Positions 54,024 through 63,962 of a stretch of 64,000 nucleotides of DNA are shown in pieces. Under the pieces are notes generated by a model that saw only the letters and a list, made by a program, of their open reading frames with translations, was not told the DNA's origin and did no database searches. Each line of letters starts with the position of its first letter. The first letter of the stretch is position 1. The translations under genes and the position numbers were made by a program. This DNA is from an uncultured Chloroflexia bacterium (lineage in GTDB: Bacteria; Chloroflexota; Limnocylindria; QHBO01), in assembly GCA_963805645.1 (NCBI GenBank), contig CAWDVA010000007.1, positions 131,104 through 195,103 of the forward strand. The letters are read 5' to 3'.

Positions 54024-55120
54024 CCGCTCGAGGCGCGCGGCCGGGCGATCCTCCCGCCCCCCAGGCACTCCTCCCCGTCGTACAGGACCGCGCCCTGTCC
54101 CGGGGCGGGCGCCCACACGGGAGCATCGGTCTCGACGACCAGGCGATCCGCTCCCTCGACGGTGACCTCGCACGGGACGTCAGGGGCGCGATGCCGGATC
54201 CGGACCGATGCGGTGAACCGCTCGGCCGGCGCTTCACCGGCAACGAAATGGGGAGCCGACACCTCGAAACGATGGGCCGCCACCTCGCCGCGGCGGCCGA
54301 CGATGACCGTGTTCGTCTCGGGCCGCACGTCGCGGACGTACACCGCCTCGCCGAGCGCGACGCCCAGGCCGTGGCGCTGGCCGACGGTGTAGTGCGCGTA
54401 GCCCGAGTGTTTCCCCACCACCGAGCCGGTGGCATCCACGATCGGACCGGGGTCGCCCGCGTAGCCGCGCCGCTCGGCGAGCAACGCGCGGTAGTCCCCG
54501 GCAGGGACGAAGCAGATCTCCTGCGATTCGGGCTTGTCGGCGGTGGGCAGGTCCAGGTGCGCCGCCATGGCCCGCACCTCCGGCTTCGTCATGGCGCCCA
54601 GCGGAAATCGCGTGGCGGCCAGCTGCTCCTGGGTCAGGACCCAGAGGAAGTAGGTCTGATCCTTGTTCGGATCCGCGGCACGGAGCAGGCGCCAGCGGCC
54701 GTCGCGCCACTCAACGCGCGCGTAGTGGCCGGTCGCGACCGCCGATGCGCCGTAGGCACCCAGCCCGCGGCGCAGGAGCTCGTCGAACTTGATGTGCTGG
54801 TTGCAGGCCTGGCAGGGATTCGGCGTGGTGCCCTCCAGGTAGGCGTCCGCGAAGGCGTCGATCACCCGTGCCCCGAACGCCCGTTCCACGTTCAGGATGA
54901 AGAATGGGATGCCCAGGATCTGCGCGACCCGCCGGGCATCATCGGCCGCGTCCGGCGAGCAGCACGAGCGGCGGTTCTCCCAGCCCTCCGCCTCGGCCGG
55001 ATGCGTGCGCATCCAGATGCCGATCACCTCCTCGTCGCGATCGGCGGCCGACTGCGCCAGGAGGGCGGCGGCAACGCTGGAATCCACTCCGCCGCTCATG
55101 GCGGCCACGATCCGGTTCAT
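54020..55120 (-). CDS. mnmA: tRNA-specific 2-thiouridylase MnmA.
   Basis: The PP-loop reads IVAAMSGGVDSSVAAALL. The product also shows …CCSPDAADDARRVAQILGIPF… and …CNQHIKFDEL…. Confidence 0.9.
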   Translation of the reverse strand: MNRIVAAMSGGVDSSVAAALLAQSAADRDEEVIGIWMRTHPAEAEGWENRRSCCSPDAADDARRVAQILGIPFFILNVERAFGARVIDAFADAYLEGTTPNPCQACNQHIKFDELLRRGLGAYGASAVATGHYARVEWRDGRWRLLRAADPNKDQTYFLWVLTQEQLAATRFPLGAMTKPEVRAMAAHLDLPTADKPESQEICFVPAGDYRALLAERRGYAGDPGPIVDATGSVVGKHSGYAHYTVGQRHGLGVALGEAVYVRDVRPETNTVIVGRRGEVAAHRFEVSAPHFVAGEAPAERFTASVRIRHRAPDVPCEVTVEGADRLVVETDAPVWAPAPGQGAVLYDGEECLGGGRIARPRASSG

Positions 55121-55155
55121 CGTGCGGCCGATGATAGCGAGCCGAGCCTCACGGC

Positions 55156-56601
55156 TCAGCAGCCGGAGTCGGGCGGCTCGGTGGGAACCGGCGTCGCCGT
55201 CGCCCCCGACGACGGGGTGGCGCCAACGAAGGCGTTCGCCACCATGGCATGCACCTTGCCGACCGCGCGCGCGGTGAGGTACTCGGGGATGGTCGGGGGA
55301 TTGAACGCGAAGCGCGCCACCTTCGAGGCGTCGACCCGCTGCGCCAGGGCCAGCAGGTCGGGCATGTCCTTCGGCGACAGGTTTGTCCAGAGCGAATCCC
55401 CGGCGATGTCGATCAGCTGGGGAATCTTGGGCACCAGGTTGCAGGGCTTCACTGCCCGACGCAGGGCCAGGAGGACGGACTGCTGGCGCTGCATGCGGTG
55501 GTAGTCGTCATCCTGGTGGCGCGATCGCGCGTACTCCAGTGCGACGTGGCCGCTCATGTGCTGCTGCCCGGCCTTGATGTAGATCGGCACATCGCCGCTC
55601 CCGTTCTCCAGCGGGTAGTGCGAGTCGTAGATGGCGTAGGGAACGTTGATGTCGATCCCGCCCAGGGCATCGACCAGGCGGACGAACCCGTTGAGATCGA
55701 CCACCAGCATCCCGTCGATCGGTGCACCGGTCAGGGCACCCACGGCGGCCTGCAGGGCGAGATACCCGCGCGCCTCGCCGCCGGGGAAGGACTCCGGGTG
55801 CTTGCCCGCATAGACGTACAGCGCGTTCAGCAGATCCGGGAAGCAGGCGCAGGCGAACGCCCTGGCGCTCTGCGGACCGAGGGGAACGTTGATCAGGTTC
55901 CGCGGAATTCCGAACAGCGCCGCGCGCGCCGTGGCGATGTCGACGCTGAGCAGCATCATCGTGTCGGTTCGAAGGGACCACCTCCCCGGGCCGGCATCCC
56001 CGCCCACGAGCAGCAGGTTCAGCCGTCCGTCGGACTTCCACGGCGGAATCGGCGTGGGCGTCCACACCGGAGTCGGTGACGGCCCCGCCGTCTGGATCGA
56101 GCTCGCGACGGGCTCCGGCGTCGGCACCTCGCCTGCCCCTCCGCCCGGCCCGGCCGGGTTGAAGAACTTCGAGTCGGCGACGTAGACCTTGTAGCCCATG
56201 ACGCCGACAGCGGCGTGCATGGACACCGTCGCGAGCAGGAGGGCCACCAGGACCGCGACAGAGACGATCCGGCGCGAGCGGGCCGCCGACGCGACAGGTC
56301 GCACCCGCCGGCTGACCAGGTAGGCGTCCACGATTGCCGCAAGCCGATACAGGAGCAGCACCGCGTCGAGGACGAGAAGCGCCGCGACCACGGTGGGATC
56401 GAGCATGAGCCCGGCGACACGCACCCTGGCCTGGCCCAGCAGCCAGATGCCGCCGGCAACCACGATCAGCGCGGGCGCGGCCAGGAGAGCACCACGGGTG
56501 ACGGCACCGGTCCATCCCTGCCCCAGACCGGGGAACACGAAGGAGAGCGCTGCCGAGAGCGCTGCCGAGTGACGGAGACCTGCCCACAACCGTCCTAGCA
56601 C
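55156..56601 (-). CDS. LCP-family (LytR-CpsA-Psr) cell-envelope phosphotransferase with an extended N-terminal membrane domain.
   Basis: The LCP core reads …NLLLVGGDAGPGRWSLRTDTMMLLSVDIATARAALFGIPRNL…. Four or five TM helices precede it. Confidence 0.8.
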   Translation of the reverse strand: MLGRLWAGLRHSAALSAALSFVFPGLGQGWTGAVTRGALLAAPALIVVAGGIWLLGQARVRVAGLMLDPTVVAALLVLDAVLLLYRLAAIVDAYLVSRRVRPVASAARSRRIVSVAVLVALLLATVSMHAAVGVMGYKVYVADSKFFNPAGPGGGAGEVPTPEPVASSIQTAGPSPTPVWTPTPIPPWKSDGRLNLLLVGGDAGPGRWSLRTDTMMLLSVDIATARAALFGIPRNLINVPLGPQSARAFACACFPDLLNALYVYAGKHPESFPGGEARGYLALQAAVGALTGAPIDGMLVVDLNGFVRLVDALGGIDINVPYAIYDSHYPLENGSGDVPIYIKAGQQHMSGHVALEYARSRHQDDDYHRMQRQQSVLLALRRAVKPCNLVPKIPQLIDIAGDSLWTNLSPKDMPDLLALAQRVDASKVARFAFNPPTIPEYLTARAVGKVHAMVANAFVGATPSSGATATPVPTEPPDSGC

Positions 56602-56613
56602 GTCACATCGACT

Positions 56614-57780
56614 CTAGCGCGACTCGTGGTTCGTCGCGGACGCAGATCGCAGTCGGGCGACACAGCGCTCCACCGCGGCCACGGTGGTCTGGACGTCGTC
56701 CCGCGCGGTCGAGCGGCCGAGGGTGAGCCGCAGCGAGCCGTGCGCCGCCTCCTCGTCGATGCCCAGGGCGAGGAGCACGTGGCTCGGGTCGACACTGCCG
56801 GTCGTGCACGCCGAGCCGGTGGAGGCCTCGATGCCTTCGAGGTCCAGCGCGGCGACCAGGTCACCGCCCTCGACCCCGGCGACGACCACGCTGACCGAGT
56901 TGGGCAGGCGGTGGTCGGGGTGGCCCGTGAGCCGCACCCCGCCGACGGCGGTGAGCCCGGCGATGAGCTCGTCCCGCAGGCCGGCCAGGCGCGTCACCTC
57001 ACCGGTGCGCTCCGGTTCGTGGGCGGCGAGGGCGAATGCCCGGGCGAACCCCACCGCGCCGGCGACGTTCTCCGTGCCGGCGCGCCGCTGGCGCTCCTGG
57101 GAACCGCCCTGGATCTCGGGCACCAGTGCCGTCCCGTGCCGGACGTAGAGCGCCCCGACGCCCTTGGGGCCGTAGAGCTTGTGCGCCGAGAGGGAGAGCA
57201 GGTCCACCTGCCAGGCGTTGACGTCGATCGGCAGGAATGGGGCAGCCTGGACAGCATCCACGTGGAACAGGACGCGCCGGGCGCGGCAAACGTTGCCGAT
57301 CTCGCGGATGGGCTGGATGGTGCCCACCTCGTTGTTGGCGGCCATCACGCTGACGAGGACGGTGTGATCGGTGACCGCTCCCGCCACCGCGTCCGGATCC
57401 ACCCGACCATCGGCGTCGACCGGCAGGATCGTCGTCTCGAACCCGTGGCGCTCCAGGAGGGCGCAGGTCTGGAGCACCGCCTTGTGCTCGATCGCGGTGG
57501 TGACCAGGTGCCGTCCGCGCGCCGATGCGGCCCAGGCGGCACCCTTGATGGCCAGGTTGTCCGCCTCGGAGCCGCCAGCGGTGAAGACGATCTCGCGCGG
57601 TTTGGCACCGATGAGCCGTGCCACCCGCTCGCGGGCCTCGTCCAGCCCTCTGCGGGCGTCCCGTCCCGATGCATGGATGCTGGAAGGGTTGCCCCAGTGC
57701 TCGGCCAGGTACGGCAGCATCGCGTCGATCACCTCGCGGCGGACAGGGGTGGTCGCCGCATGATCGAGGTAGATGCTCAT
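56614..57780 (-). CDS. Cysteine desulfurase (IscS/NifS class).
   Basis: The product reads MSIYLDHAATTPV…, shows the PLP Lys (LSLSAHKLYGPKGVGALYV) and the active-site Cys (…STGSACTTGS…). It lies next to mnmA. Confidence 0.9.
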   Translation of the reverse strand: MSIYLDHAATTPVRREVIDAMLPYLAEHWGNPSSIHASGRDARRGLDEARERVARLIGAKPREIVFTAGGSEADNLAIKGAAWAASARGRHLVTTAIEHKAVLQTCALLERHGFETTILPVDADGRVDPDAVAGAVTDHTVLVSVMAANNEVGTIQPIREIGNVCRARRVLFHVDAVQAAPFLPIDVNAWQVDLLSLSAHKLYGPKGVGALYVRHGTALVPEIQGGSQERQRRAGTENVAGAVGFARAFALAAHEPERTGEVTRLAGLRDELIAGLTAVGGVRLTGHPDHRLPNSVSVVVAGVEGGDLVAALDLEGIEASTGSACTTGSVDPSHVLLALGIDEEAAHGSLRLTLGRSTARDDVQTTVAAVERCVARLRSASATNHESR

Positions 57781-57890
57781 CGCGGCCGGATGATACCGCC
57801 GTCGCCGGGCCCGACCGAGCCCCGGACAGCAGAAGGCCGGCTCCCGGGGGAGCCGGCCTTCGGTCGATCAGGTCTGCTGTCTGGACTGGC

Positions 57891-59774
57891 CTACGGAGTC
57901 ACGTTCGCGATGAACGTGCCCCAGTTCGCGTAGAACGAACGGGTCCCGCCGCAGGTCGAATCCGACAGGAACTCACCCAGCGTGCAGGAGGCGTTGATCG
58001 ACTCTGCAGCGAACCAAATGGAGCCGTCCTCGGCCGCGACGGCCGCCCCGTAGTCGCCCCAGCGTGCCACGCCCCCGTCAGGCGGGTCGAAGGTCAGGTA
58101 GCCCGTGAATCCGTCGGCCGGACCCTGGCCACCTCCGACGACCTGGACGGAGCCGGTGCCCGTCGTGTCGACCGTCACGTAGGCCGCGCTTGGGTAGTAG
58201 TTCGGGCCAACCAGCGTGAAGCTCATGACCCCGGCACCAGCAGCGTTGGCGGCAATGGCCGGGAACACGACGTTGTTGTTCTTGACCGCCACGTACCCCT
58301 GCTTGGCGATCGAGCCGCCCAGCGTGTCATCGCCCCACGACGGGGTGACGATGAAGTACGCGATGCCCGTGCGGGTCGGGCCCGTCGGGCTCTTCACCAC
58401 GGTGTTCAGCGCGCCCCACACCATGCCGTCCGCGTAGACGGTCTGGTTCATCCGGTCGTCGTTGGAGTTGAGCAGGTTGAGGTGCTCACCCATCGGGTGG
58501 CCGGTGAGCGGGTTCTGCGGCGCGTTCAGCAGATCCTTCAGCGGCGTGGGACCGTTCGGCTGGGTCATGGCCGGCGGCTGGCCGTAGACCTCGCTGTGCA
58601 GAACCACGTGGCTCAGCGTCAGGTCAGGGGTCGCCGTATCCAGGGACGCCGTGTTGGTCAGCGCCCACAGGGCGATCCGGTTGTCGAGGGTCCCGTTGAA
58701 GTCGAGGGCGGACAGGAAGTACTCGGCACCGTTCTGGTCCGGACCTGCCGCATAGGTTCCGTTCGGCGGGGTGGTCGTGGGCTGCAGCGAGTACGCGTAC
58801 CCCTCCGCGAGCGTCGGCTCGTTGAAGAAGACCGCCGACGTGGCCGTGCCACTGGCCAAAGTGCTCTTCGAGAGCGCGTAGACGTTCGCGCCGTTGAAGC
58901 CGTTGTTGAAGATCGGGAACTCGTTGGTGGTGATGTAGAAGCCGTTGGCGTCAGCGCCGATCAGGGGCTGGTCGCCGAAGCACGGGCAGTTCGAGCTGCC
59001 GCTGTCGTTGGTCGTCTCCCACTGGTAGAGCCACCAGGCCCCGGTGGGGTCGCCGGTCTTGCTGACGGCCAGCAGCTGATGGGAAGCACCCGGCTTCGCG
59101 AAGCTGCCATCGGTCGGGTTGGTGTCGATCTCCAGCAGGGAGACGAAGAAGCGCCCGGTGCCACTGTCGTAGTAGCACTTGGGGTCGCTGGTGAACTCAC
59201 CGTAGGTCCGCGACCCATCGGCGTTGATCACATATTCCGGCTGGAGGCCAAAGAACGCGTTCAGCGGCTCCGCACCAGCCACGACGTTCCCGTCCGTCGT
59301 ACGCACTTGGATCGCCGTGTTCACGGACTCCACGACGAACCCGTTGCCCACGCACAGCGCCTGGTCCGGCGGCTCAAGGCTGAACTGCGTTCCGCCTCCG
59401 GCCGCGTGCTGGTCGTAGTGGTTCAGGCCCTCGAAGGCCGTCACGCCCGAAGCGGCTGATACGGACGCCGTGGCGGGACGCGGGACGTGCGATGACGGTA
59501 CACGCGCAGCACTCAGGGAGTTCGGGATGTTCTTGTCGACCTCTGCCGCTGCGGAGTCGGCATCGGGTCGGAAGTCAGGAGCGGCAATCCCCGTCGAGGC
59601 GGACGAGGAGCTCGCGGACGTGATCCGCGTCGTTCCCAACTTGTGCACGGCGATCTGTCGAGACGCCGATGCCGAGCCATCCTTTGATGGTTTCGCCGCG
59701 GCGACCGGAGTCGCCGTTGCCACGAGGAGGGAGACTGCGACAGCAAGCAGTATCCCGAATCTTCGGTGAGGCAT
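57891..59774 (-). CDS. Secreted hypothetical protein (about 627 aa) with no recognised domain.
   Basis: The signal peptide is MPHRRFGILLAVAVSLLVATATPVAAA. The mature protein is Gly/Thr/Asn-rich and contains paired Cys residues (…SNCPCFG…, …CTLGEFLSDSTCGG…). Confidence 0.55.
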   Translation of the reverse strand: MPHRRFGILLAVAVSLLVATATPVAAAKPSKDGSASASRQIAVHKLGTTRITSASSSSASTGIAAPDFRPDADSAAAEVDKNIPNSLSAARVPSSHVPRPATASVSAASGVTAFEGLNHYDQHAAGGGTQFSLEPPDQALCVGNGFVVESVNTAIQVRTTDGNVVAGAEPLNAFFGLQPEYVINADGSRTYGEFTSDPKCYYDSGTGRFFVSLLEIDTNPTDGSFAKPGASHQLLAVSKTGDPTGAWWLYQWETTNDSGSSNCPCFGDQPLIGADANGFYITTNEFPIFNNGFNGANVYALSKSTLASGTATSAVFFNEPTLAEGYAYSLQPTTTPPNGTYAAGPDQNGAEYFLSALDFNGTLDNRIALWALTNTASLDTATPDLTLSHVVLHSEVYGQPPAMTQPNGPTPLKDLLNAPQNPLTGHPMGEHLNLLNSNDDRMNQTVYADGMVWGALNTVVKSPTGPTRTGIAYFIVTPSWGDDTLGGSIAKQGYVAVKNNNVVFPAIAANAAGAGVMSFTLVGPNYYPSAAYVTVDTTGTGSVQVVGGGQGPADGFTGYLTFDPPDGGVARWGDYGAAVAAEDGSIWFAAESINASCTLGEFLSDSTCGGTRSFYANWGTFIANVTP

Positions 59775-59963
59775 AGCCCTTCCTTTCCGGTGCGATCCAA
59801 ACGCACGTCGGCATGCGTCAAAGGCGGGCGGGAGCCTTCTCGCAGCAGAGATGCGACGTGCCTGCAGGAATAGCACGAATGCGCACCCTGCGGCAATGAA
59901 CTTTCGCGCCTGCCGGTGCGCGTCGTCACCGCCGAGGTGAGCCCATCCCGTGCGGGCGGAGTG

Positions 59964-60710
59964 TCAGCCGGTGGTTCGCGGTCGCTCGCGCGCTCGCAGG
60001 GAGGCGGCCGTGGTCTCCGGCACGCCACGCTCGGGGGCAGCCTGCATGTCGCGGTCGTCGAGCTCCCAGGTGAGTCCCTCGTCGACGACGCGGACGACGC
60101 CATCCACCTGCGCGGCCAGCTTCCTGAGAATCTGGGCGGTCGAGCGGCGGTCCACGATGCCACCCAGGGTGACGACGCCTTCGCTCACCGCCACGGTCAC
60201 CTGCCCGGGCTCGATCCACATCGTGTCGCGGACGACGTCGTCGGTGATCAGCCTCGCCAGCTCCTCGTCGGGCCGGACGAACGCACCCACCATGTCGGCG
60301 CGGGTGACGATGCCCACCAGGCGGTCGTCGTCCACCACGGGCAGCCGGTTGACGTGCTTCTCGACCATGAGCGCGGCCGCATCACGGAGGCTGCTATCCG
60401 CGGAGACAGTCACCGCCGGACGGGTCATCGCCTCGCCTGCCGTCGTCGCGCTGATCTTCGCCGCCTCGAGGTCCCGCCGTTCCTCGCCGAGCAGCCAGGC
60501 GAGGGGCCGCCGCGCATCGCGCGCCTGGCGCGGCCCGCGCTCCTTGATCAGGAAATCGGCCTCGCTGACGATGCCCAGCACCTTGCCGGCATCGTCCGCC
60601 ACTGGAACGCCGCTGATCCGGCGCTCCATCAGCAGCCGGGCCACCTCCTTGAGCGGCGTCCCCGGCGACACCGACAGGACCGGTGCCGTCATCACGTCTC
60701 GGACTTTCAT
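59964..60710 (-). CDS. Tandem CBS-domain protein with a C-terminal BON domain.
   Basis: The protein has two CBS pairs (MKVRDVMTAPVLSVSP…, …GEAMTRPAVTVSADSS…, …NRLPVVDDDRLVGIVTRADM…) followed by …VSEGVVTLGGIVDRRSTAQILRKLAAQVDGVVRVVD (BON). Confidence 0.8.
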   Translation of the reverse strand: MKVRDVMTAPVLSVSPGTPLKEVARLLMERRISGVPVADDAGKVLGIVSEADFLIKERGPRQARDARRPLAWLLGEERRDLEAAKISATTAGEAMTRPAVTVSADSSLRDAAALMVEKHVNRLPVVDDDRLVGIVTRADMVGAFVRPDEELARLITDDVVRDTMWIEPGQVTVAVSEGVVTLGGIVDRRSTAQILRKLAAQVDGVVRVVDEGLTWELDDRDMQAAPERGVPETTAASLRARERPRTTG

Positions 60711-60842
60711 CTCGCACCTCCGCGCAGCGTCCCGCGCCGGCGGCGTGCCGGTCGTGGCACGCTCAGGATGGCATATCCGCCGCCGCCGGCGCCACGGGCG
60801 CTTGCGCCTGTCGCACCATCCGTCCGGCCCGGGCCGGACGGC

Positions 60843-62636
60843 TCACTCGTCCGGGGCGATCTCCAGGTGCAGCTCATCGAGCTGGGCGCGACTGATCGGC
60901 GAGGGCGCGCCCATCATGAGGTCGCTCCCCGACTGCGTCTTGGGGAAGGCCATTACCTCGCGGATGTTCGTCTGCCGCGCGAGCAGGGCGCTCCAGCGAT
61001 CCAGGCCGATGGCGATGCCGCCGTGGGGCGGGGCGCCGTACTCGAGCGCGTCCAGCAGCGCGCCGAACTGGTCGCGCATCCCCTCGATGGTGTGCCCCAT
61101 CAGCGAGAAGGCACGCTCCAACAGGTCGCGCCGATGGATCCGCACGCTCCCGCCGCCCAGCTCCCAGCCGTTGAGCGCCAGGTCGTACTGCTGGGCGTGC
61201 ACCGAGCCCGGATCGGACTCCATGCGCGCTTCCTCCTCCCAGAGCGGTGCGCTGAACGGGTTGTGCGTGGCGTCCCAGCGCTGGTTGTCCTCGTCCCAGG
61301 TGAACATCGGGAACGGATAGACCCAGACGTAGGCCAGGACGTTCTCGTCGCGGAGGCCCAGGCGCTCGCCCAGCTCCAGGCGCAGGCGGCCCAGGACATC
61401 GGCGGAGCGCAGCGGGTCGGCATCGGCCACGATCAGCACCAGGTCGCCGGCCCCCGCACCGGTCGCCGTCCGAAGCGCTGCCTGGTGGGCGTCGTCGAGG
61501 AACTTCGCCGCCGGGCCGTGGAGCGCGCCATCCGGCTGCACGGCAAGGTGGACGAGCCCGCCGGCGCCGTGTCGCCGGGCGAGATCGGTCAGCTCGTCGA
61601 TCTGCTTACGGGAGTAGTCCGCGCAGCCCGGGGCGACCAGGCCGCGCACACGGCCGCCGGCCGCGATCGGATCGGCAAAGACCCGGAAGTCCACGTCGCG
61701 CAGCCCATCGGTCAGGTCGCACAGCTCCATGCCGAATCGGAGGTCGGGCTTGTCCGAGCCGAACCGGTCCAGGGCCTCCTCGTAGGTCAGGCGCGGGAAC
61801 GGGGTGGTGAGTATCGGCCGCTCCGCGATCACCTCGCGCGACACGGTGGTGACGATCTCCTCGATGGTGGCCATCACGTCCTCGGCCCGGACGAAGCTCA
61901 TCTCCACGTCGATCTGGGTGTGCTCCGGCTGACGGTCGCCGCGCAGATCCTCGTCGCGGAAGGCGCGGGCCAGCTGGAAGTAGCGGTCGTAGCCGGCCAC
62001 CATGAGGAGCTGCTTGAGCTGCTGGGGGCTCTGCGGCAGGGCGTAGAAGCTGCCCGGCTGCAGCCGGCTGGGGACCACGTAGTCGCGCGCCCCCTCGGGC
62101 GTGCTGCGGATCAGGTTCGGCGTCTCGATCTCCACGAAGGACATGGCCTCGAAGGCACGGCGCACCGCGCTCGCCAGCCGGGCACGGAGCATGATCCGCT
62201 GCTGCATCGGCGGGCGGCGCAGGTCCACGTAGCGGTACTGCAGCCGGATCGACTCGTCGAGGCCGGGCTGCTCCTCGTTCACGTAGAACGGCGGAACCCT
62301 GGACGCGTTGAGGATCGTGAGCTCCTCGACCGCCACCTCGACCTCGCCGGTCGCCAGATCGGCGTTGGTGGTGCCCTCCGGCCGATGTCGAACGCTGCCC
62401 GTCACCTGGATGACCCACTCGTTGCGGGCCGCCTCCCCCGTCTCGTGGGCGGCGCCGGCATCCTCCGCGTTCGTGACGATCTGGGTGATGCCGTACCGGT
62501 CGCGCAGGTCGAAGAAGGTCAGGTGGCCGTGGTCCCGGCGACGATGGACCCAGCCCGCGAGGGTCACGCGCTGTCCGACGTGCTCCGGGCGGAGCTCGCC
62601 GCAGGTGTGCGTGCGGAAGGACTGGTGGGCCGGCAT
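60843..62636 (-). CDS. aspS: Aspartate--tRNA ligase.
   Basis: The N-terminal OB fold reads …VTLAGWVHRRRDHGHLTFFDLRDRYG…. The class II motifs are …FRDEDLRGDRQPEHTQIDVEMSF…, …GGGSVRIH… and …PPHGGIAIGLDR…. Confidence 0.9.
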   Translation of the reverse strand: MPAHQSFRTHTCGELRPEHVGQRVTLAGWVHRRRDHGHLTFFDLRDRYGITQIVTNAEDAGAAHETGEAARNEWVIQVTGSVRHRPEGTTNADLATGEVEVAVEELTILNASRVPPFYVNEEQPGLDESIRLQYRYVDLRRPPMQQRIMLRARLASAVRRAFEAMSFVEIETPNLIRSTPEGARDYVVPSRLQPGSFYALPQSPQQLKQLLMVAGYDRYFQLARAFRDEDLRGDRQPEHTQIDVEMSFVRAEDVMATIEEIVTTVSREVIAERPILTTPFPRLTYEEALDRFGSDKPDLRFGMELCDLTDGLRDVDFRVFADPIAAGGRVRGLVAPGCADYSRKQIDELTDLARRHGAGGLVHLAVQPDGALHGPAAKFLDDAHQAALRTATGAGAGDLVLIVADADPLRSADVLGRLRLELGERLGLRDENVLAYVWVYPFPMFTWDEDNQRWDATHNPFSAPLWEEEARMESDPGSVHAQQYDLALNGWELGGGSVRIHRRDLLERAFSLMGHTIEGMRDQFGALLDALEYGAPPHGGIAIGLDRWSALLARQTNIREVMAFPKTQSGSDLMMGAPSPISRAQLDELHLEIAPDE

Positions 62637-62696
62637 GGAAGCCGATGGTAGCCGAATGCGCGCGCTTTGGGCGCGCCGGGGGCTTCGGGGCCGCTG

Positions 62697-63962
62697 TCAG
62701 GCGCCGATGGCGGCGGGCACCTGGGCCAGGGGCAGCTCCTGCTGCTCCCCGCTCTGCAGGTCGCGGAGCACGACGGGCACGGTGGCGGCACCCTGGACGA
62801 TGACCGCCCAGCGCGCACCGACCTTGGCGGCCGTCTCGAGCTGGCGTCCGAGCTTGCGCGCGGACCCGTCGGTGCGGACGGACAGCCCCGCGTCCCGAAG
62901 CGCGGAGGCAACCTGAAGGCGCACCGCGTGGTCGTCCGCGTGGGGGCTGATGACCGCCACGAGCGGCGCGCGGGGCGATGCCGCAACCGCCTGCTCCTCG
63001 GCTGCCAGCACGGTGCGATCGATCCCGATCCCGAACCCGATGCCCGGGGTGGGCCGCCCGCCAAGATGCTCGACCAGGCCGTCGTACCGCCCACCGCCAC
63101 CCAGGGCCTGCTGCTGGCCTTCGCGTCCCGCCACGAAGAACTCGAAGGTCGTGCGCGTGTAGTAATCGAGACCACGGACCAGTCGGTGGTCCAGGACATA
63201 CCGCGCGCCGATCCCGTCGAGCAGCTCGGTCACGCGCCCGAAGTGCGCCCGGCACGCATCGCACAGGAAGTCGATGGAACGTGGCGCGTTGGCGGCGAGG
63301 TCCGGATCCAGCGTCTTGTCGTCGAGGACGCGCAGCGGGTTGACCTGCAGGCGCCGCTGCGAATCGGCGCCCAGCCGGGCCTGGTGCCGGGCGAAGTACT
63401 CCACGAGGGCTTCCCGGAAGGCGGGGCGGCAGGTGGCGTCACCAATGGAGTTCACGTGCGCCACCACGTTGCGAATGCCGACGCTCGCGAAGTAGCGGTG
63501 CGCGAGCTCCACGAGCTCGGCGTCGACCATCGGTCCCGCATCGCCGATCACCTCCACGTCCCACTGGGTGAACTGGCGGTAGCGGCCGGCCTGGGGACGG
63601 TCGTAGCGGAACATCGGCCCCAGCAACCAGAGCCGCAGCGGCCCGGGGCGAACCTGCATGCCGTGCTCGATGTAGGCCCGCACGATGCCCGCCGTCGGCT
63701 CAGGCCGCAGGGCCCATTCGGCGCGCTCCTCGTCGCTGCCCTTGGCCCCCGAGACTCGGAACATCTCCTTCTCCACCGCGTCGGAGGATTCCCCCAGGCC
63801 GCGGGCGAAGAGGTCGACCCGCTCGAAGAGCGGCGTGTCGATGCGCTCGAACCCGTATCGCTCCGCCAGCTCGCCAGCGCGCGCCTCGGCGGTGCTCCAG
63901 CGCCTTGTCTCCTCCGGCATGAGGTCACGAGTTCCGCGCGGCGCGGTGATCGGTCGGGCCAT
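62697..63962 (-). CDS. hisS: Histidine--tRNA ligase.
   Basis: The product reads MARPITAPRGTRDLMPEE… and shows the motif 2 region …FRYDRPQAGRYRQFTQWDVEVIG… and the anticodon-binding domain …RAPLVAVISPHADD…. Confidence 0.9.
   Translation of the reverse strand: MARPITAPRGTRDLMPEETRRWSTAEARAGELAERYGFERIDTPLFERVDLFARGLGESSDAVEKEMFRVSGAKGSDEERAEWALRPEPTAGIVRAYIEHGMQVRPGPLRLWLLGPMFRYDRPQAGRYRQFTQWDVEVIGDAGPMVDAELVELAHRYFASVGIRNVVAHVNSIGDATCRPAFREALVEYFARHQARLGADSQRRLQVNPLRVLDDKTLDPDLAANAPRSIDFLCDACRAHFGRVTELLDGIGARYVLDHRLVRGLDYYTRTTFEFFVAGREGQQQALGGGGRYDGLVEHLGGRPTPGIGFGIGIDRTVLAAEEQAVAASPRAPLVAVISPHADDHAVRLQVASALRDAGLSVRTDGSARKLGRQLETAAKVGARWAVIVQGAATVPVVLRDLQSGEQQELPLAQVPAAIGA

Noticed and set aside
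59916-62651. A 911-aa plus-strand ORF covering aspS.
   Set aside because: It is antisense to a perfectly conserved class II aaRS and its translation is low-complexity.
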